A stretch of DNA of 63,109 nt, filler included, from Octopus bimaculoides (taxonomy: Eukaryota), in assembly GCF_001194135.2 (NCBI RefSeq). It is 5 parts of 5 records of this genome, joined end to end, with 100 filler letters (N's around TTAATTAATTAA, not from the genome) between each part and the next. Parts side by side here need not be neighbours in the genome. Positions count along the whole stretch, not along the records: positions 20,196 to 37,106 come from NC_068991.1; 4 more parts are not named here. One strand, written 5' to 3'. Shown here one piece after another: positions 24,131-36,213 of this stretch; the stretch's first letter is position 1; every line of letters begins with the position of its first letter. The notes below the pieces were generated by a model. That model was given only the letters and a program-made list of their open reading frames with translations, was not told the DNA's origin and made no database searches. The position numbers and the translations under genes are program-made.

Positions 24131-25009
24131 TTGGTAACCGGTAATAAAGTCACAGGAAAAAAGTCACAGAAATAAAGTCACAATTTTGGCTAGGAAAAAA
24201 TAATAGTAAAACATACATATATAATCATAAAAATCATTATCATTTTGCGCTACTGTCTACGCTGGCATGGTTTGGATGGATTGCCCCAGTCTGACACAGT
24301 TCATATTCAGAATCACAACCCTGACTGGATACTCTTCTTAAGACCAACCAATTTACAGACTCTACGAGTTAATGTATCTTATATAGCGTGAGTTCATGTA
24401 AGTTGTTTTTCCTTTTTTTTTTCTTTTTTGTCGTTCAATGCTCCAAAGCTAAGAAGTCCTCTAGTCTACAGTTATATATATAGAAATTTAAAAAGTAAAT
24501 AGACACCCTCACTGTGTGTGTGTGTGCGCGCGCGTGTGTGTGTAGGGAGGGAGTCTATTTACTTTTGAGACATCCTTACATATATATAAGGATAATTAGC
24601 ATTGCCCAGGAAGTAAAAGAATGAGGTGTTCTGCACTAATGTCATATATAAAATTTATATTAAATTCAATGTTTGAAACAGAAAACACCTTACTTCTTAA
24701 ATCTTAAAATTTTACTTGCATTTCAAAAGCATGCAGTGGATTCAAACTGAATCACAGGGTAGCTCGGTAGACATCATAACTAAGCCACAGTAGTTTCGCA
24801 TGATCGGCCAATTAACTGACCAGTCAGGGTCAAGCCATTACATGATTCAAATTTCTTGAACTTTCTTATTGAACCCTACATAAAGGAGGTTTTTGCTAGT
24901 AGCCCCAGAATGTTGAGACTACCATTTAACATCTTCATTCTTATTTCATTACTAACCATTGGCAGATAGAAGAATTTGTAACCATGAATACAGTGTGGTT
25001 ATTTTTCAG

Positions 25010-25041
25010 TTGTGATAGGCCAGCCAAAATTTCTGTACCAG
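25010..25041 (+). other. Candidate 32-nt micro-exon
   Basis: ttatttttcag|TTGTGA...GTACCAG|gtaaat has both canonical splice sites and lies in the CpG-depleted domain. Confidence 0.3.
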
Positions 25042-25891
25042 GTAAATTGTCATAGATCTCAGTGTACTTGTTGCTGTTACTTTTTGTCCAAAGACCAACA
25101 CAGAATACTTTGTGCAGTAAATAAAGATTCTGTTAATTGTTCATGAGTGTTGTTAATTACGTCTACATGCAACCCTAGAAATACATTTTCATTCACCAGC
25201 AGCTACTATGTCTACCACAAAGATAAGAACAACACACACACACATACATACATACATTCTCAACAAATCTCAGTTTTGATACTGCAAAACTGCTCAAAAA
25301 TGCTATATTACTGTGGCTGGAGAGAAAGTCAAAAGATTTCAAAATCATATTTCTTTTTCAAAAGCACTAAAAAACAGAATACAATAAATCTTTCTAATTA
25401 TATCTGATTTTTGGAAGAAAATGCTTCAAAGTATATGTCAACTGCAAGATCATTGAAAAGTCAAAGCCTTATAACAATTGTATTATAGCACAGCATAGAT
25501 AGGACTAATCTTAAAATCTATTAAATCTGAGATTTTCAAATAAACATGCAAATAAATTTATTTTACAGAGTTGTACGCAATCATTTTGAACTTGTAAATG
25601 TGTAAAAAGAATACAATTATGCAAATTAGTCTTACCATTACAGCTAAGTTCTTGATTTTGTTTGATTTAAATAGCATTTGCTAGAAGTTCTATTCATGAG
25701 CAGATGTTAAGAGAGTATGTCCTCTCTCTCTCTCTCTCTCTCTCAATGATCTACAACTGTGAATCATATCAAGACAATCTCCATTTTTTTTTCTTTCCAT
25801 TTGTAAATAGATAAACAAGGTCTGTTTACAGTTTCCAGGTAAAGTCTTTCATAACTGTGGTTTAACTACTTTACTTAAATTTATATTTAAA

Positions 25892-25946
<55 letters not shown>

Positions 25947-25998
25947 AGGGTTTTCAGGCTAAATTTGATGATCTTTTTCTGTCTCCTTTTTTTCAGGA

Positions 25999-26100
25999 AC
26001 AGTTTGATGTATTGGTGAACAGTCAACAGTATTGGAGAGCATAAAGTTGTAGTAGAGAAAAAGTTAGCTGACATGGAGGAATGAAACCATCTGAATACTG
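25999..26100 (+). other. Candidate 102-nt exon (non-coding or 5' UTR plus start)
   Basis: Strong acceptor ctcctttttttcag|G and donor ACTG|gtaaag. Stops in all three frames from the acceptor; an internal ATG (MKPSEY) is open to the donor. Confidence 0.3.
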
Positions 26101-26879
26101 GTAAAGAGTTTTCTGTATCATGATGATTCATGCTGAGTGTCAAAATGCTGACATCATGACTACTCCTTAATGCTCTGTGAACATAAAGGTTGCACGACAT
26201 AACCTGGACAGTTGCAACAGGGACTAAGAAGCCTTGGCCAGCAAATAATAATGCACATATATAAAGATTTCTATACATCCATATACATATCTGTATGATG
26301 TGTATATGAACATATGATATATATATATATATATATGAACGTATATATCATCATTTAGCGTCTATTTTCTATGCTGGCATGGGTTAGACGGTTTCACTGG
26401 AACTGGTAAGGTGGAGAGTCACACCAAGCTCCAGTCTGTTTTGGCTTGGTTTCTGTGGCTGGATACCCTTCCTGTAGTAGATGTCTTTTACATGTCACCA
26501 ACACAGATGCCTTTTATGTGCTTTTTACATGTATTTGTGTGTGTCTGTGTGTATCATATACGCATATACTTACATAATATATAAATGACTGTCCTTATAG
26601 TTACATGTTTTTCTGCACATGTATGTATGTTTGTTTGTTCATGTATATGTATGCTTTTACATATATGCCTGCTTGTGTATGTATGTGTATGTAAGGTAAG
26701 TAAATGTTTGTGTATATGGTTGTGTGTTTACACACACACACACACATGTATACCATTATTGTCTCCTTCATTTTTATGTCTACTTTCCATACTAATGCGG
26801 GTTGGTTCCCGCCAAACCTAGTCTATGCCAGCAGAGAAGACAGGCATAAAATGATGATGAAAAACTGAGAAGCCTTGAA

Positions 26880-27385
26880 GTTAAGTTAGCAATGACTAAA
26901 GCATGAGTAAGAGAGAAGGATGGACCCTACTACCACCTGGAAAATGGCTACGCTCAGTGCATAGAAAAGTAGTAGGTAGGAATTCCATATGGTTTATCTA
27001 GTGTAAATTATGGAGACAGTATAGTTGCAGTGGGATCAAAGGTATATAAATTGAAAAGGTTGACTTCATATGTGACAGACACATAGAGACAATAAGCACA
27101 AAGATTTCACAGGAAATAGATTCTATCAAAAATCTAGAAGTTTCCTTAGAAGTCATTGATAGTTTCTGGTGCCAAGGTGATTGAGTAAGCAGTGGGATGG
27201 GTACTCTAATAGTGCAGAAACCAAAGTAAGAGCAGGTTAGAAAGACTTCAAAGAGCTATTACATCTGCTGGCAATAAAGAGCTCCTTCCTCAAACTAAAG
27301 GGTAGATGTATTGTGAATGTGTACAAAGTATGATGCAGCATGGTAACAAAACATGAACTTTAAATGTAGATTTGCAGAGATGGAA
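26880..27385 (+). mobile_element. Decayed RTE-clade LINE ORF fragment
   Basis: GKWLRSVHRKVVGRNSIWFI*CKLW..CSGIKG...SLEVIDSF: remains of the Cys-rich insert and post-RT region, homologous to 29392-30695. Confidence 0.75.
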
Positions 27386-27780
27386 GAGAGAAGAGGCAAA
27401 AACCAAAAGCAGAAAGACATTGAAAAATAAGAAACAAGATGAAAATAAGAGTGAGCATGAAAAAGTTGTAAGGATAGACATAGAAATACCAATAGAAATA
27501 GAGGTGGTAAACAAAAACAAGATGGAAAGAAATAGAGAATGGGAGAATGTGAATGTATTGCAAGGTAACAATAAAAGAAAAGGGATACAAATGTAAGACA
27601 TTAATAAGCATGTTACAGTGAATAAAAATTAAAACATGCTGAAATGTTCAATAATAAAAAATTTAAAAACCACATTTTGATAAAAATATAAAATTAGAAT
27701 TTATATGAATTTTCAATAACTTTTTTTTAGTAAAAGTTACACACTCACAACTTATTAACAGCAACTTTTTTTTATTATAG

Positions 27781-27852
27781 TATAGATTCCATTTTGCTGG
27801 GCTGCTCTGATTCTACAAGAACCCACAAGTTTACATCCTAGGGCTTTTAAAG
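27781..27852 (+). other. Candidate short exon
   Basis: tttttttattatag| acceptor (alternative at 27786) and AAAG|gtatga donor. Confidence 0.2.
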
Positions 27853-27925
27853 GTATGATGCAATTTCTTATGATCTATTATGCTGACAAGAAAAGGTAGA
27901 TTACAATTAATATTACCCTGGAATA

Positions 27926-28145
27926 AGGTGACAAGCTGGCAGAATTATTAGCACACTGGGCAAAATGCTTAGCAACATTTCATCTGTCTTTATGTTCTGA
28001 GTTCAAATTCTGTAGAGGTTGACTTTACCTTTCATCCTGTCAGGATTGATAAAATAAGTACAACTTGATCACTGGGGTTGATGTAATTGACTTGCACCCT
28101 CTCTCCAAACTTGTTGGCCTTGTAACAAAATTTGAAACCAATATT
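27926..28145 (+). mobile_element. Type B SINE, completely CpG-depleted
   Basis: Aligns to 9843-10075, but consensus CpGs read mostly TG or CA and no CG remains. Confidence 0.9.
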
Positions 28146-28369
28146 AGATTGGAATGGTCTGAAAAAATATTTTGCTTCCAAAACAAAAGCTTATTGTGAG
28201 TTTGTTGGTCTGAATTACAATTACAAGATTGCTTTATCAGAAGTTCGGAGACTGAACTAGTAAAAAATATTTCCATTATCTACCTCTTAACTTACAATTA
28301 ATTTACCTCTTAATTAATGGTTTATTGCCTTCTCATAAGTCATCAAATTTTCTCTCCTTCTTTATGAGC

Positions 28370-29120
28370 TACACTAGTGTGGTTAACTTTGATACAAGCA
28401 GGAGTTTCATAAGGAATTATAATATGCGAGATATAGTTTATTGAATTGCTAGTGTTTGGAAGTCTGCAGAGGCATCCACAGTGAAACATGGATGGCATAA
28501 ATTGTGGCTAAGGTTAATGTTTGTGTCTGTACTTAGTGAAGACACTGTAAATCATTTTACACGATTTAGGGTTTCAAAGCAAAAGCAGATTATACTTGAA
28601 TTACTTTCATTCACTCATGATCTAATCATGCTGCTAAGGATCTTTCATCAAGGATGGAATAAGATAATATTGAGAGATGGCTGAATGGAAGTGATTTAGC
28701 TAATATTCATCATTATACTGATTCAGAAATTGTGCAAATAGCTATAAACTCAGAGAAAGATAGTGGAGAAATAGCTTTGAAAATATGTAAGTTGTAGCTG
28801 ACTGAATATCTGTTGACAGGTTAAGTGCTAAAAGATCTTGAATATTGCAGTAATACAGCTGAAAATAAAAATGAAGAGCATTTACATGCAGCAAGGTAAA
28901 TGAAACAAAGAAAAACTAAAATATGTGAAGCAACTTAACTTAAAAAATATACTAAAAAATAGCTAAAAGACATACAACAGGAGTATTGACATTTGAAAAC
29001 CCAGCACCATTATCTTCTGTTCATCCAAATATGCTGTTCTATCATCAGCCGTGCCTGAAGGAGATACTGAGCCAGTTTTATCACTTTCAAGAGATCCTAA
29101 TTCAAATTTGTAAATTCCAT
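28370..29120 (+). mobile_element. Tigger/pogo (Jerky-like) transposase C-terminal relic
   Basis: RNYNMRDIVY*IASVWKSAEASTVKHGWHKLW...IERWLNGSDLANIHHYTDSEIVQIAIN matches the post-DDE region of Tigger/Jerky proteins. Contains stops and frameshifts. Confidence 0.7.
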
Positions 29121-29391
29121 CTTTTCACTTTGAAAACTGCATTGATGAACTTTCTCATGTAAACCATCAGAATTATTAGAATTACTGAGCCTTCTGTTTT
29201 ATGTTATTCATGAAAATTTTACTTGGCTTTTATTTGATGTTCCTTTTCTTTTCATTGATCAACTTATTACAGGGTATTTTAAGTATGGTATAAGATAGTT
29301 AGCTATTTGGTAAACTCTGTGCTGACGCTGCTTTAACACCCAATGCTCCACAGTCCCTTTAAAGCCAGATTAATGTGAGTAATATATATAT

Positions 29392-30695
29392 AATCATCAT
29401 CATCATCATCGTCATTCAACATCCGCTTTCTATGCTGACATTGGCTGGACAGTTTGACTGAGGACTGGCAAGCCGGGAGGCTGCACCAGGGTCCAATCTA
29501 ATTTGGCAAGGTTTCTACAGCTGGATGCCTTTCCTAACATCAACCACTCCAAGAGTGTAGTGGGTGCTTTTTAGATGCCACCGGCACAAGAACCAGTCAG
29601 GCAGCACTGGCATCAACTACGATTGAATGGTGCTTTTTACGTGCCACTGGCATGGGTGCCAGTCAGCCGGCACTAGCATTAGTCATGACTGCAATTTCAC
29701 TTTGTTTGACAAGTCTTCACAAGCATGGCATATAGCCTGATGATTAAAGGGTACCTTTAAATGGACCAGTTATGTGACACTGGTATTGGCTATGATCTCA
29801 CTAGGCTTGCCAGGTCTTCTCAGGCACAGCATACTTCCAAGCATATCGGTTGCTTATCATTGTCTCTGTGAGGCTCAACGTTTGAAGGTCATGCTTCACC
29901 ACCTCATCCCATGTCTTCTTGGGTCTACCTTTTCCACAGATTCCCTCCACTGTCAGGGTGTGACACTTCTTCACACAGCTGTCCTCATCCATATGCAACA
30001 CATGACCATACCAGCATAGTCATCTCTCTTGCATACCACATCTGATGCTTCTTATGTCCAACTTTTCTTTCAGGGTACCTACACTCTGTCATGTATGCAC
30101 ACTGACATTACACATCCAGTGGAACATACTAGCTTCATTTCTTTCAAGCCTACACATGTCCTCAGCAGTCACAGCTCGTGTTTCACTGCTGTGTAGAATG
30201 ACTGTTCACACAGGCATCATACAGTCTACCTTTTACTCTGAGGGAGAGACCTTTGTTATCAATAGAGGTAGGAGTTCTATGAACTTTGCCCAGGCTATTC
30301 TTATTCTAGCAGCTATGCTCTCAGAGCATCCACCAACTTTTCTACAGATTGAGCAGGGCCATTTACCTGAAGGGATTTGTGATTTGTCTGCCTTCCTACT
30401 TACTAAGACATTGGTTTTTGCTAGGTTGATTTCAAAGGCCCTTTGATTCTAGACCTTGCTTCCACTCCTGAAATTTCTCTAGTTCTGGTAGTGACTCAGC
30501 TATTAGAGCAAGGTCATCAGCATAGAGGAGCTCCCAGCACAGCCTGTCTTGAATTCCTGTTATTGCCTGGAGGACTATGATGAATAAGGGGACTGAGGAC
30601 TGATCCTTGGCGAACTCCGACTTCTACCCAGAATTCTTCACTATACTCATTGCCAACCCTCACCTTACCGACAGCATCCCTGTATATGTTTATCT
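29392..30695 (-). mobile_element. 5'-truncated RTE-clade LINE with 3' UTR and (ATG)n tail
   Basis: Minus strand GVRQGSVLSP, ELLYADDLAL, WYGHVLHMDEDSCVKKC..GRPKKTWDEVVK; (cat)n tail at ~29392-29412. Confidence 0.92.
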
Positions 30696-30770
30696 AGCAT
30701 GACTTAATTCAAAACAAGTATTTTTTCGTTTCTCCCATTCCCACCTTTCCTCTACACTTCTTTCTTCTAA

Positions 30771-30897
30771 CTTTCTGAAGAAGAGTTTAAGCACGAAAAG
30801 TCAAAGATACTTTCACTTTCTTAATCTTTTAAGCGTTAAACAAATAATTTTACACTTTGTTTTCACTTCGGTTTTTCTCTCATACATTTTGAACTTC

Positions 30898-30900
<3 letters not shown>
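30771..30900 (+). mobile_element. Penelope-like monomer with a degenerate hammerhead motif
   Basis: cttt-CTGAAGA-agagtttaagcac-GAAAaGTC-aaag. The downstream sequence resembles the 21.1-21.4 kb monomers. Confidence 0.55.
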
Positions 30901-30933
<33 letters not shown>

Positions 30934-31379
30934 CGCGAGCGCGCGCGAATGTTCGGATGTATTTAGGGAGACCATGCAGGTCTATCTATCCATATATATT
31001 ATATTTAGGAGTCAGTTGAGGATTCACTGTTACCATCCAGAATTACACACAGCGTGTTTTCTGTTTGCAATCTCAAAATTTAAAAGACATGGTTGTAATA
31101 AAGGTAAAACTTCATATGCTGTTGGTTGGCGAGTATTTTAAAAATCGTTATCATAATTCACCTTTATTTTCAAGTGTCTTAGGAATGAGGCAGAGATTTC
31201 TTTTCAATCTAATTTCCAGAAATCCGCACCTGATTTTGTTTTCTTAATCGAGACTGACAAAGGAGGGAAAAGAAGCAAGAAAAACAAAGAAAACATGGTT
31301 TGTGCCCAACAACGACTGACAAGGACACACGAACACAGTCACTGACTACTTACTACAAGAAAGAAAGAAAGGAAGGAAT

Positions 31380-31530
31380 TCCGCCGAGGTCGACTTTGCT
31401 TTTCATCCTTTCGGGGTCGATAAATTAAGTACCAGTTACGTACTGAGGTCGATGTAATCAACTTAATCCCTTTGTCTGTCCTTGTTTGTCCCCTCCATGT
31501 TTATAGCCTCCTGTGGGCAATAAAGAAATA
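31380..31530 (+). mobile_element. Type B SINE 3' half, CpGs retained
   Basis: ccgccgaggtcgactttgc...tcggggtcgataaattaagtaccag. Confidence 0.9.
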
Positions 31531-31815
31531 AAGTACAGAGAACATGTTAGAGAATAATAATGAAAGAACATTAGGGAAAAGATATTCTGATAATGATATG
31601 GAAAAAGGCGGAGAGAGAAAGTCAACTTAAATATACTCAAATACCCAANNNNNNNNNNNNNNNNNNNNNNNNNNNNNNNNNNNNNNNNNNNNNNNNNNNN
31701 NNNNNNNNNNNNNNNNNNNNNNNNNNNNNNNNNNNNNNNNNNNNNNNNNNNNNNNNNNNNNNNNNNNNNNNNNNNNNNNNNNNNNNNNNNNNNNNNNNNN
31801 NNNNNNNNNNNNNNN

Positions 31816-31858
<43 letters not shown>

Positions 31859-32706
31859 GAAAGTGCGGAAGGAAAAGGTGGAAGATAATACAAAGGTAGT
31901 TATGTGTGAAAGAGTGAGAGTGATTAATTGAGTAAGTAATTATGGAGGAGTCCATTAGTGAAAGAGATTAAGGTGGGAGCAAAGTTGTGGGAAGCTAAGA
32001 GTTTATGACTGTTACTGGGAAGTAGAGAAAAAGAACAAAGTGTGTCTAACCGAGAGAGAAAAACGCGAGGGAAACATGAATGAAAAAAAAAATGAAAGGA
32101 AATAGTGTCTGTGTGAGAGAAAGTTAGTGTGTTAGACACACAAAGTTAGAAAGAGTCGATAAGTGGGAATTATATAGTGAGAGAGATAAAGTGTGTGTTT
32201 AATAGACAGAAATGAGACACACACACACACACAGACGACACACAAAAATCTGCGACAGTCACATTTCTTATGTTATTACCTTTGACAAATATAAATAAAT
32301 AAAATTTTAAATCCAATAAGGGAACCTTTGTAGTTACACGACTTATTAGAAATAGCAACTAAATCTCTCTCAAATAACACATTTCCACCTTAAAGGAGGG
32401 AAGGACTTATTTGATAATTATGTAGCTCTTAGATATACAAAAGGATAGATGGGCACTTCAGGAATACTTTTGATTATAGATTGATCTGGGATGAATGTAA
32501 ACTATAATTTCAAAGTTCTTTTTTTATTTAGCTGGACCATGATGACGTAAATACTTGCCGCCAGTTACAGCAGACCGCGTACAGTAGCAGTTGTTGCCGA
32601 TGTGAACTTTCATTTTACCTTCATGTCTTGCAATAACCCCAGGTTAATCTCTATCGAGCAGACTTGCGATGGAAGATGTTCCAGTCGTGACCATCACGTC
32701 TTTTCT

Positions 32707-32743
<37 letters not shown>

Positions 32744-32745
<2 letters not shown>

Positions 32746-33645
32746 GATAGGGGTTGAGGCAAAATGAGGTGATTTTACTGCATTTTTGACTGAACCAAAA
32801 TATATTTTTTACAAATGTTTACTACCTTACAAAAACTATATCAGTTAAGCAAATGATCTCCCCTAAATGCATTAAAAACATTATAACATGATCTGATTAT
32901 CATTTCAGAAAATTATCGCCATTCTCTTTGCGCATATAAAAGAAAAATTTGGCTGGGGCAAAATGAGTAGGCCAAAATAAGATAAATTTGCCGCTTCAGT
33001 TCTTCAGAAAACAGACTCATGCACATCAATATCTATCCTTAGACATCAGAAAGATAAAAATTTTAAAAAAATAAAAATAAAAATAAAATGAGATATGGTC
33101 AGGGGGAAATGGCACATGATACGGAATTAACGAACCTCAACTAAATAAAAAAACAAAATATTCTCTGTAGCTTCTTCACATCTGCTGGAATGTCTTCTTC
33201 GTGAGATATTTTACACTCCATGCAGTTTAAGAGAAGAAATTATTGAAATTAGTCATTACTCATTTTACCCCAATATAGACCCCATTTTTTGAAACTTGAA
33301 AATTATCAAATTAGATATTAGTGTGGGGGGAAAAAATTAACCTGGAATTCAACAGAAAAAAGAATATTGATTGTTAGACACCAAAAATTATCCAAATATT
33401 TTATTAGCAACTTAAATAACAATCAGGTCAAAGTTGAGGAAAAATTTCTTGAAAAAAAAAAGAGAACCTGCCACCTGACTATGTTTTGGACTCTTTCAAC
33501 TTCAACAACAACAATGTTGACTAATTTTTACTCCTAAAGATGATGCAACAGTACAAAATGATAATACAATGTAATAATTTCAAATAGGGTTGGGAGAAAA
33601 TAACGAGAAATCAGAAGTTACTCATTTTATGCCCCCTCCTTACCC
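32744..33645. mobile_element. Non-autonomous Tc1/pogo (Fot1-like) DNA transposon
   Basis: Imperfect TIRs (ggg..aggggttgaggcaaaatgag / ctcattttatgccccctccttaccc), TA flanks, and internal subterminal copies ggggcaaaatgagta (~32955) and tactcattttacccc (~33257). Confidence 0.75.
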
Positions 33646-35299
33646 TAATANNNNNNNNNNNNNNNNNNNNNNNNNNNNNNNNNNNNNNNNNNNNNNNNNN
33701 NNNNNNNNNNNNNNNNNNNNNNNNNNNNNNNNNNNNNNNNNNNNNNNNNNNNNNNNNNNNNNNNNNNNNNNNNNNNNNNNNNNNNNNNNNNNNNNNNNNN
33801 NNNNNNNNNNNNNNNNNNNNNNNNNNNNNNNNNNNNNNNNNNNNNNNNNNNNNNNNNNNNNNNNNNNNNNNNNNNNNNNNNNNNNNNNNNNNNNNNNNNN
33901 NNNNNNNNNNNNNNNNNNNNNNNNNNNNNNNNNNNNNNNNNNNNNNNNNNNNNNNNNNNNNNNNNNNNNNNNNNNNNNNNNNNNNNNNNNNNNNNNNNNN
34001 NNNNNNNNNNNNNNNNNNNNNNNNNNNNNNNNNNNNNNNNNNNNNNNNNNNNNNNNNNNNNNNNNNNNNNNNNNNNNNNNNNNNNNNNNNNNNNNNNNNN
34101 NNNNNNNNNNNNNNNNNNNNNNNNNNNNNNNNNNNNNNNNNNNNNNNNNNNNNNNNNNNNNNNNNNNNNNNNNNNNNNNNNNNNNNNNNNNNNNNNNNNN
34201 NNNNNNNNNNNNNNNNNNNNNNNNNNNNNNNNNNNNNNNNNNNNNNNNNNNNNNNNNNNNNNNNNNNNNNNNNNNNNNNNNNNNNNNNNNNNNNNNNNNN
34301 NNNNNNNNNNNNNNNNNNNNNNNNNNNNNNNNNNNNNNNNNNNNNNNNNNNNNNNNNNNNNNNNNNNNNNNNNNNNNNNNNNNNNNNNNNNNNNNNNNNN
34401 NNNNNNNNNNNNNNNNCGGACAGATGGATGATACAAAGGCGGATAGGAAAAACAACAATTAGGAGGACAGGCAAAAAAAGACATGTCATTTGTGGCTTTC
34501 TTTTCTCAGTCAAGTTACCAGAAGTCCTTACTGTTTCAGGCAGTTACACTTGAGACAGTTTGATCTGGTCCCCCCCACCCCAGAGTCTAAACTAAGGGCA
34601 TTAGAAGTTTTTGTAAGAAAGCTAGCGAATGTGTACGAAAACAAAAACAAAAAAACGGAGAACATGGTACACAATTACAAATACAAACAACAAGAATATA
34701 ACAACAGGCGTCTTTCAACTGAGAATGAATCAAATTGAGCTGGCGTGTATGAAGTGAAAGCCTAAAGGCAGGAACATAGGACATGGACATAAAAGGTGTT
34801 GGCGGTTAGCAGTCGGGCCAAGAAAGAGAGATCATAGCTGGCCGGACACCGGTCATGTGGAAGGAGGAGAGAAGGGTAGGGGGCAGCGGGATTGAAGGAT
34901 CAGAAAACAGAGACAAAGGGAAAGGTACAGGGGAGATAAACGAAGAGGAAAAGTAGGAGTTAAAGAAAGAGAAGACCAAAAAATGTGAGAGAGAGAGGGG
35001 AGAGCAAGAAAAAGAAAAGCGGAAGAAAGTATGTGGGGGACTAAAATATAGAGTAAAAGAGTTGTACAAAATTTAGATACATACCTACTATAAGGTGAGC
35101 ACAAGTGTGTACTTACGCCACTATATGTATATATAAATATAAAAAATGGAACAAAAGCACAATAGAAGACAATAAAACATACAGAGACGATGCAAAGGTG
35201 ATGCATACATACATATACTTACTTATATATACATATACTTACGCATACATACTTATACTTACATACATGCATACATACATACATGTATCTATCTATCTA

Positions 35300-35330
<31 letters not shown>

Positions 35331-35924
35331 NNNNNNNNNNNNNNNNNNNNNNNNNNNNNNNNNNNNNNNNNNNNNNNNNNNNNNNNNNNNNNNNNNNNNN
35401 NNNNNNNNNNNNNNNNNNNNNNNNNNNNNNNNNNNNNNNNNNNNNNNNNNNNNNNNNNNNNNNNNNNNNNNNNNNNNNNNNNNNNNNNNNNNNNNNNNNN
35501 NNNNNNNNNNNNNNNNNNNNNNNNNNNNNNNNNNNNNNNNNNNNNNNNNNNNNNNNNNNNNNNNNNNNNNNNNNNNNNNNNNNNNNNNNNNNNNNNNNNN
35601 NNNNNNNNNNNNNNNNNNNNNNNNNNNNNNNNNNNNNNNNNNNNNNNNNNNNNNNNNNNNNNNNNNNNNAATACATATACATATTCTTTGATAATAATAG
35701 AAAATGTTAGAAACAGTTTAAGTATCAAAATACATATATACATTCTTTGATAATAATAATAAGAATATGTTTGAAACAGTTTACAACGTTGTTATGACAA
35801 AAAGGATTTGGTAAAATATGTATATATATATACCCAGGAAATATATTTAAGAGTTCGCAAAAAGTTGAGGAGGAACTGACCTAGCTTTTTTCTCTTGTGT
35901 GTATTGAGGGAATGTTTGCTGTCT

Positions 35925-36180
35925 TAAGAGACAATATGACTGGCTACACCATTTTGAGCGTGGCCGTTGCGAGTACCACCTGACTGGCCTTCGTGCCGGT
36001 GGCACGTAAAAGCACCCTCTACACTCTCTGAGTGGTTGGCGTTAGGAAGGGCATCCAGCTGTAGAAACTCTGCCAAACCAGATTGGAGCCTGGTGTAGCC
36101 ATCTGGTTTCACCAGTCCTCAGTCAAATCGTCCAACCCATGGTAGCATAGAAAGCGGACGTTAAACGATGATGATGATGA
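35925..36180 (+). mobile_element. RTE 3' UTR fragment or RTE-tailed SINE ending in (GAT)n
   Basis: Reverse-complement homolog of 29400-29650 (ggcatccagctgtagaaac...gtccaacccatg..agcat.gaaagcggacgttaaacgatgatg). Confidence 0.85.
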
Positions 36181-36213
36181 TATATATATATATATATATA
36201 TATGTATATTTAA

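Noticed and set aside
26115-26160. C box (ATGATGA) with CTGA boxes and a terminal stem
   Set aside because: Only about 35 nt from C to the last D box, too short for a C/D snoRNA, and no recognisable guide.
32520-32620. ATGATGA/TGACGT island and a minus-strand ATGAAG|gtaaaa
   Set aside because: No D box at a suitable distance, it is flanked by SINE tail remnants, and no downstream exon was found.
36100-36125. Minus-strand CTGAGGA-ctggt-GAAAc inside the RTE tail
   Set aside because: Stem II is too short, there is no stem III or NUH, and the homologous copy at ~29458 lacks GAAA.
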